Shown here in pieces: positions 60,490 to 64,000 of a stretch of DNA of 64,000 bases. The stretch is from an uncultured Alcaligenaceae bacterium (lineage in GTDB: Bacteria > Planctomycetota > Planctomycetia > Gemmatales > Gemmataceae), in the NCBI GenBank assembly GCA_964597065.1, contig CAZQXG010000005.1, positions 6,700-70,699 on the forward strand, read 5' to 3'. The notes beneath the pieces are model-generated. The model did not search any database. It had not been told where the DNA came from and was given only the letters and a program-made list of their open reading frames with translations. A program made the position numbers and the translations under genes. How positions within the stretch are numbered: position 1 is the first letter of the stretch; the number at the start of each line of letters is the position of its first letter.

Positions 60490-60887
60490 CTGTTTTTGCC
60501 GATACGTTCGCGCTCATTGCCTGGCCGAACCCTCGCGATAATGCGCACGCTGTTGTGTCGGCATACCTCGACGGCTTTACCGGGCGTTTGCTGACAACGG
60601 AATGGGTACTCATGGAACTGGCCGATGCGCTGTCGGCGCCGGAAGCGCGTTCGACAGCCGTTGCATTTCTGCGAGCCGTTCGTGCTGACTCGCTGTTTGA
60701 TGTCGTGGGGTATGTCCCCGCCGTGTACCAAGCAGGGTTCGACCTGTTTGCCACTCGCCCGGACAAAGCCTGTTCCCTGACGGATTGAATCTCTTTTGGA
60801 GTAATGACGGAGCGTGGGCTGTCCGAGGCGTTGACGGCCGACCACCATTTCGAGCAAGCTGGTTTTCGGGCGGTTTTCAAACGGTAG
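60486..60887 (+). pseudogene. vapC: vapC (PIN toxin) with in-frame TGA at a conserved Cys position
   Basis: ...DKACSLTD-TGA(60786-60788)-ISFGVMTERGLSEALTADHHFEQAGFRAVFKR-TAG, all in the same frame. PIN toxins commonly have DC at this position. Confidence 0.7.
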
Positions 60888-60897
60888 GCTCGGGAAG

Positions 60898-60993
60898 GCC
60901 GAACCAGAGGCTGCAGCTGACCGGGCTGGCATTATGCCGTTTCATGGTTCAACGGTCACTCAAGCGGCCCGGCAGCTGAGCTTTATCGTTCGG
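60898..60993 (+). repeat. structured repeat family, copy 1
   Basis: gccgaaccagaggctgcagctgaccgggc...gcccggcagctgagctttatcgttcgg, with an internal stem cagctgaccgggc/gcccggcagctg. Confidence 0.7.
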
Positions 60994-61010
60994 CGGAAAA
61001 AGGCAACGCG

Positions 61011-61490
61011 ATGGCGATCCCCTTGCGGGCGCTTGAGCTGGAGAAGTTCGACGTCACCGGCGGCAAGCCGACGCTCGCCGCAGCGTATGAGATTCTGCGT
61101 GACGCTTGGCGCAGCGGCGACCGGGACCGCGAGCTTGCCCTGCACCTGATGTTCCTTTGCTGGTACATGCTGATTGAGCCACCGCACCTTACGGGCCTCG
61201 ACGAACGGCGCGTGCCTTCTTCGGAACTGATTGCGGTATTCAATGAGGTGCACGATTACATGACCCCTGCTAGCCAGGGTGATGCCGAGTTCCTCTACGT
61301 TGTCGGCCTGATGAGCCAGCTTGCGCCCTGGTTGCTTGGTGATAATGACATGTGGGAGGCGCGAAGCAGCCAGTATCGCGCCGGCTATCGAAGATTGCAG
61401 CCGAATGGACCTGATCCGACAGTATTTGAAGGGCGCGGCGCTTACGGAGAGTACTTCGCGGGCCAAGCGCGCGTGGATGATGGCTATTGA
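61011..61490 (+). CDS. hypothetical all-alpha protein
   Basis: 159 aa of protein-like sequence (ELALHLMFLCWYMLIEPPHLTGLDERRV). No family recognised. Confidence 0.5.
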   Translation: MAIPLRALELEKFDVTGGKPTLAAAYEILRDAWRSGDRDRELALHLMFLCWYMLIEPPHLTGLDERRVPSSELIAVFNEVHDYMTPASQGDAEFLYVVGLMSQLAPWLLGDNDMWEARSSQYRAGYRRLQPNGPDPTVFEGRGAYGEYFAGQARVDDGY

Positions 61491-61507
61491 GAACGACAAG
61501 GCTATCA

Positions 61508-61590
61508 CGCCGAACAAGTCGCTCAACCTGACCGGGGCCGCATTCTCGTTTCGCGCGGCGTGGAGTAATTGCAGCGGCCCCGGCAAGTTT
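61508..61590 (+). repeat. structured repeat family, copy 2
   Basis: cgccgaacaagtcgctcaacctgaccggggccgc...gcggccccggcaagtt, immediately after the 61490 stop. Confidence 0.65.
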
Positions 61591-61781
61591 GCGCGCCGCG
61601 GCGACGCCAAGACCATGCTTAGTATCAAGCCGAACCGCCTGGTCGTCGTCGCCATACAGGTACGTTCACATGGTTCGCCACACTGCCAGAAGTGATCGAG
61701 GAAAAGCCGGGGCATCCGGGGACGGCGCGATAAGATAAAGTTGCCTGGCTGGCCAGAGTTTCCCAAGAAGGAGGCGACCCC

Positions 61782-62120
61782 ATGGATCAAGTAGCATTCG
61801 AGCATGAGATGGCAGTGAACCGGCGGGCGTATGAAAGCCTCCGCGAGCGGATTCGCCGAGACTACGCGGGCCAATACGTGGCTCTTGCCCAAGGAAAAAT
61901 CGTGGCAGGAGCGGCCGACTACGATGAAGCGGTTGCCGCCGTCCAGCGCTTAACACCGATTCCAGAGCACTATCTTGTGTTTCCGGCAGATGAAGGGCCC
62001 GATTTCGAACCGTTTCTCAGTTACAATCAGGGCATTTGGCCCTGTTTCGCCGGCGATCGCGCCGAGATGCCAGTGGGCGGTTATCCTGGTCTGAAACCGG
62101 GATGGCCGCCAGCCAGTTGA
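61782..62120 (+). CDS. DUF5678-like small antitoxin-type protein
   Basis: RRDYAGQYVALAQGKIVAGAADYDEAVAAVQRL...EHYLVFPADEG matches the layout of small proteins paired with retropepsin-like genes. Confidence 0.5.
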   Translation: MDQVAFEHEMAVNRRAYESLRERIRRDYAGQYVALAQGKIVAGAADYDEAVAAVQRLTPIPEHYLVFPADEGPDFEPFLSYNQGIWPCFAGDRAEMPVGGYPGLKPGWPPAS

Positions 62121-62287
62121 TTGACCCAATTTCCAAGCGGTCCGTCGGCCCAGTGGTTCAACTCTACGTGTCTTGTGGCGCAGCAGGAGTTCCCAGCCGA
62201 GCCGGTCTCGTTTTCTTCCATCAGTTGATCGGCTGCCGGGTAATCTGGGATCTCGACCGCAGGACTTGGTCAATGGAATATCCGTAG
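62102..62287 (+). pseudogene. possible remnant of a retropepsin-like gene lacking the DTG motif
   Basis: MAASQLIDPISKRSVGPVVQLYV...HQLIGCRVIWDLDRRTWSMEYP. Only the N- and C-terminal flavour of the family is present. Confidence 0.2.
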
Positions 62288-62373
62288 GCGACACACCGGG
62301 TACGGAGTGGTGTACGTTGGTGCACAACAAAGGGGACGCAGCTCTTTTCACGGCATCGCAGCCGAGATCAGCT

Positions 62374-62562
62374 ATGATGGAACGCGTTTACATCGAAACT
62401 ACATTCGTGAGCTATTTGACGGCCCGCGCCAGTCGAGATGCGGTTATCGCGGGGCATCAACAAAGCACACGAGAGTGGTGGGATGATTGCCGCGGGGACT
62501 ATCAGCTTTGCGCTTCGGAACTTGTTTGTACGCCCGAAGAACTTAGGAAGGAGAAACCATGA
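62374..62562 (+). pseudogene. PIN-family toxin with apparent internal deletion
   Basis: MMERVYIETTFVSYLTARASRDAVIAGHQQSTREWW (family N-terminus) runs directly into VCTPEELRKEKP (family C-terminal tail), for 62 aa only. Confidence 0.45.
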
Positions 62563-62807
62563 GCGAATCCGATCCCATCGTCGATGAAGTACGTCGCATT
62601 CGCGACGCCCATGCCGCCAAGTTCAACTACGACCCGGATGCGATTTTCCGAGACATCAAGGAGCAGGAAAAACGGAGCGGCCGACACTACGTTTCTTTTG
62701 CTGACGAAACGGTTGCGCCGAACAAGGCGCTACAGCCGACCGGGGGCGCCATTCCGGCTTCTTGCGAGATTAAGCCGTTGCAGGGGGCCCCGGCGGCTGA
62801 GCTTTAG
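62559..62807 (+). CDS. small partner protein; C-terminal tail supplied by repeat copy 3
   Basis: ATGA overlap with the preceding gene. MSESDPIVDEVRRIRDAHAAKFNYDPDAIFRDIKEQEKRSG, then PNKALQPTGGA...AAEL from the repeat. Confidence 0.5.
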   Translation: MSESDPIVDEVRRIRDAHAAKFNYDPDAIFRDIKEQEKRSGRHYVSFADETVAPNKALQPTGGAIPASCEIKPLQGAPAAEL

Positions 62808-62814
62808 CGTTCGG
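62716..62814 (+). repeat. structured repeat family, copy 3
   Basis: gcgccgaacaaggcgctacagccgaccggggg...ggccccggcggctgagctttagcgttcgg. The tail is nearly identical to copy 1. Confidence 0.7.
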
Positions 62815-62933
62815 TGAAAAGATTTGGGATTCGATGTCGTCCGACGGCGCGGAGTGATCCTGGCCGACGACGCCGAGCGGAACCGGGAACTGGACGCCGC
62901 GCGCCGCAGTACCTCACCGGGGCGGCCGTGAGC

Positions 62934-63263
62934 GTGCTGAGATCAGCGCTTGCCCCGGCGCAGGAAACATCCAAAGACTGGAAGAGACCCGCAACTCAAC
63001 CGCGCTACACCAAAGAAGTGTTCGCCCGTCGCGGCGACGCCATTTACCTGAAGGAGATCCGCCCCAAGCTCAAGGCCGACGATGTGGGCAAGTTTGCAGC
63101 GATCGACATCGAGAGCGGAGAGTTTGCCATTGATGCCGATGAACTCAAAGCGTGCCACAAGCTGCGCAAACGCATCCCCGATGCGCAGATTTGGATGGTG
63201 CGGGTCGGCTATCGCTATGTCCATCGCTTCGGCGGCCGGGATGAACGGTGGGGAACTCCATGA
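62934..63263 (+). CDS. small protein of the family usually preceding retropepsin-like protease genes
   Basis: YTKEVFARRGDAIYLKEIRPKL...GKFAAIDIESGEFAI...PDAQIWMVRVGYRYVHRFGG. The start is uncertain (GTG at 62934 or 62928; no ATG in frame). Confidence 0.5.
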   Translation: MLRSALAPAQETSKDWKRPATQPRYTKEVFARRGDAIYLKEIRPKLKADDVGKFAAIDIESGEFAIDADELKACHKLRKRIPDAQIWMVRVGYRYVHRFGGRDERWGTP

Positions 63264-63370
63264 TTAGCGGCGTGGTGAAATCCGGCGAAGGCCGCATTCG
63301 CTTAACGGTCAAAGGACTTCGGGGGCGGGAGCAGGAAGTTGAAGCCATTGTCGATACGGGCAATATGTGA
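63260..63370 (+). pseudogene. truncated retropepsin-like (clan AA) aspartic protease
   Basis: ATGA overlap with the preceding gene. MISGVVKSGEGRIRLTVKGLRGREQEVEAIVDTGNM stops just after the catalytic DTG. Confidence 0.55.
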
Positions 63371-63501
63371 GTAAAGGTCTCGGAACTCTCGGGACTTCAT
63401 ATGGCGGAAAAGGTGCACTCAGGAATTCTCGTTGAGGAACCTGCTACCACCGGGTTTCGGCCGCGTCGTCTCGTCGACTTCGTGGTCGTCGGCCGCCTTC
63501 C

Positions 63502-64000
63502 TTGACGATCCCGCAGATTCTGGCTTGGGCCGATAGTCATTACGCCCGTACTAGGACTTGGCCCACGGCAAAGAGCTCCGGGAGTGTACTGGAAAACCGG
63601 AATGAGACGTGGGTAGGGATTAACGCAGCATTGACAGGGGGCGGGCGCGGCCTTGATGGCGGTTTAACGCTGGCTAAACTCCTTGCCCGCGAGCGGGGCG
63701 TGCGCAATGCCAGTGACCTGCCGCCGTTGACCATCGCCCAAATCCTGGCCTGGGCCGACAGTCATCATGCTCGTACCGGCACTTGGCCCAGCGGAAAGAA
63801 GGTGTCGGGGCGAGTATTGGAAAACCGGAATGAGACGTGGATAGGGATTAACAGAGCATTGCAAGGGGGCGGGCGCGGCCTCGATGGCGGTTTAACGCTG
63901 GCTAAACTCCTTGCTCGCGAGCGGAAGTGGTCCGGTGTCAATGGCGCACTCGGAAAGGGGGCGCTTGGAGTTCGTGGCTTGCGCGGTCGCCTCACGCTAC
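63502..64000 (+). CDS. repeat protein (75-aa units), open to the window edge
   Basis: Frame 1 is open from 63436 to 64000. It has two full 225-nt units (LTIxQILAWADSHxARTxTWP...ETWxGINxALxGGGRGLDGGLTLAKLLARER). No ATG is present, so TTG at 63502 is a possible start, or this is a 5'-truncated fragment. Confidence 0.5.
   Translation, partial: MTIPQILAWADSHYARTRTWPTAKSSGSVLENRNETWVGINAALTGGGRGLDGGLTLAKLLARERGVRNASDLPPLTIAQILAWADSHHARTGTWPSGKKVSGRVLENRNETWIGINRALQGGGRGLDGGLTLAKLLARERKWSGVNGALGKGALGVRGLRGRLTL

Noticed and set aside
60960-61892. 310-aa minus-strand ORF spanning the TA islet
   Set aside because: It runs antisense through several plus-strand ORFs and repeat copies. The translation has no recognisable motif, and the plus-strand 61011..61490 product looks more protein-like.

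Overview
GC-rich (over 60% by eye) chromosomal segment with a Planctomycetota/PVC gene repertoire: a PVC-type heme-binding giant protein, a DUF1549/DUF1553 protein, giant Ser/Thr kinases and many lipobox proteins. Long antisense shadow ORFs are common and were not called. The housekeeping backbone comprises proA, folP-cdaA-cdaR, ybeY, infC-rpmI-rplT-pheS, fabF-acpP, carB, msrB, mog and a moeB-type gene. Two HpcH aldolase paralogues, an ECF sigma/anti-sigma pair, an MFS transporter and an FGGY kinase are also present. Accessory material is interspersed. (1) At 2.3-8.5 kb there is a decayed, reverse-transcriptase-less diversity-generating retroelement (DGR). It has an Asn-codon-rich template-repeat-like segment, a truncated avd, and a 1695-aa kinase/P-loop NTPase/FGE-domain target whose 3' end matches the repeat. 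(2) At 36.55-36.91 kb an ArsC/Spx-family gene is interrupted by an in-frame TGA exactly at the first Cys of the CxxC motif. A hairpin follows it, making this a candidate selenoprotein. (3) In two places the 3' end of a large gene is duplicated around small cargo (17.1-17.6 kb and 58.9-60.1 kb). (4) Arrays of GATTNNN-type heptamer repeats occur in intergenic hairpins and, in frame, inside carB. (5) A toxin-antitoxin graveyard at 55.9-63.4 kb shows nonsense-mutated or internally deleted toxins and a roughly 90-nt structured repeat in three copies. No rRNA, tRNA, CRISPR array, transposase, integrase or reverse transcriptase gene was recognised. All alignments and counts were made by eye and need recomputation.
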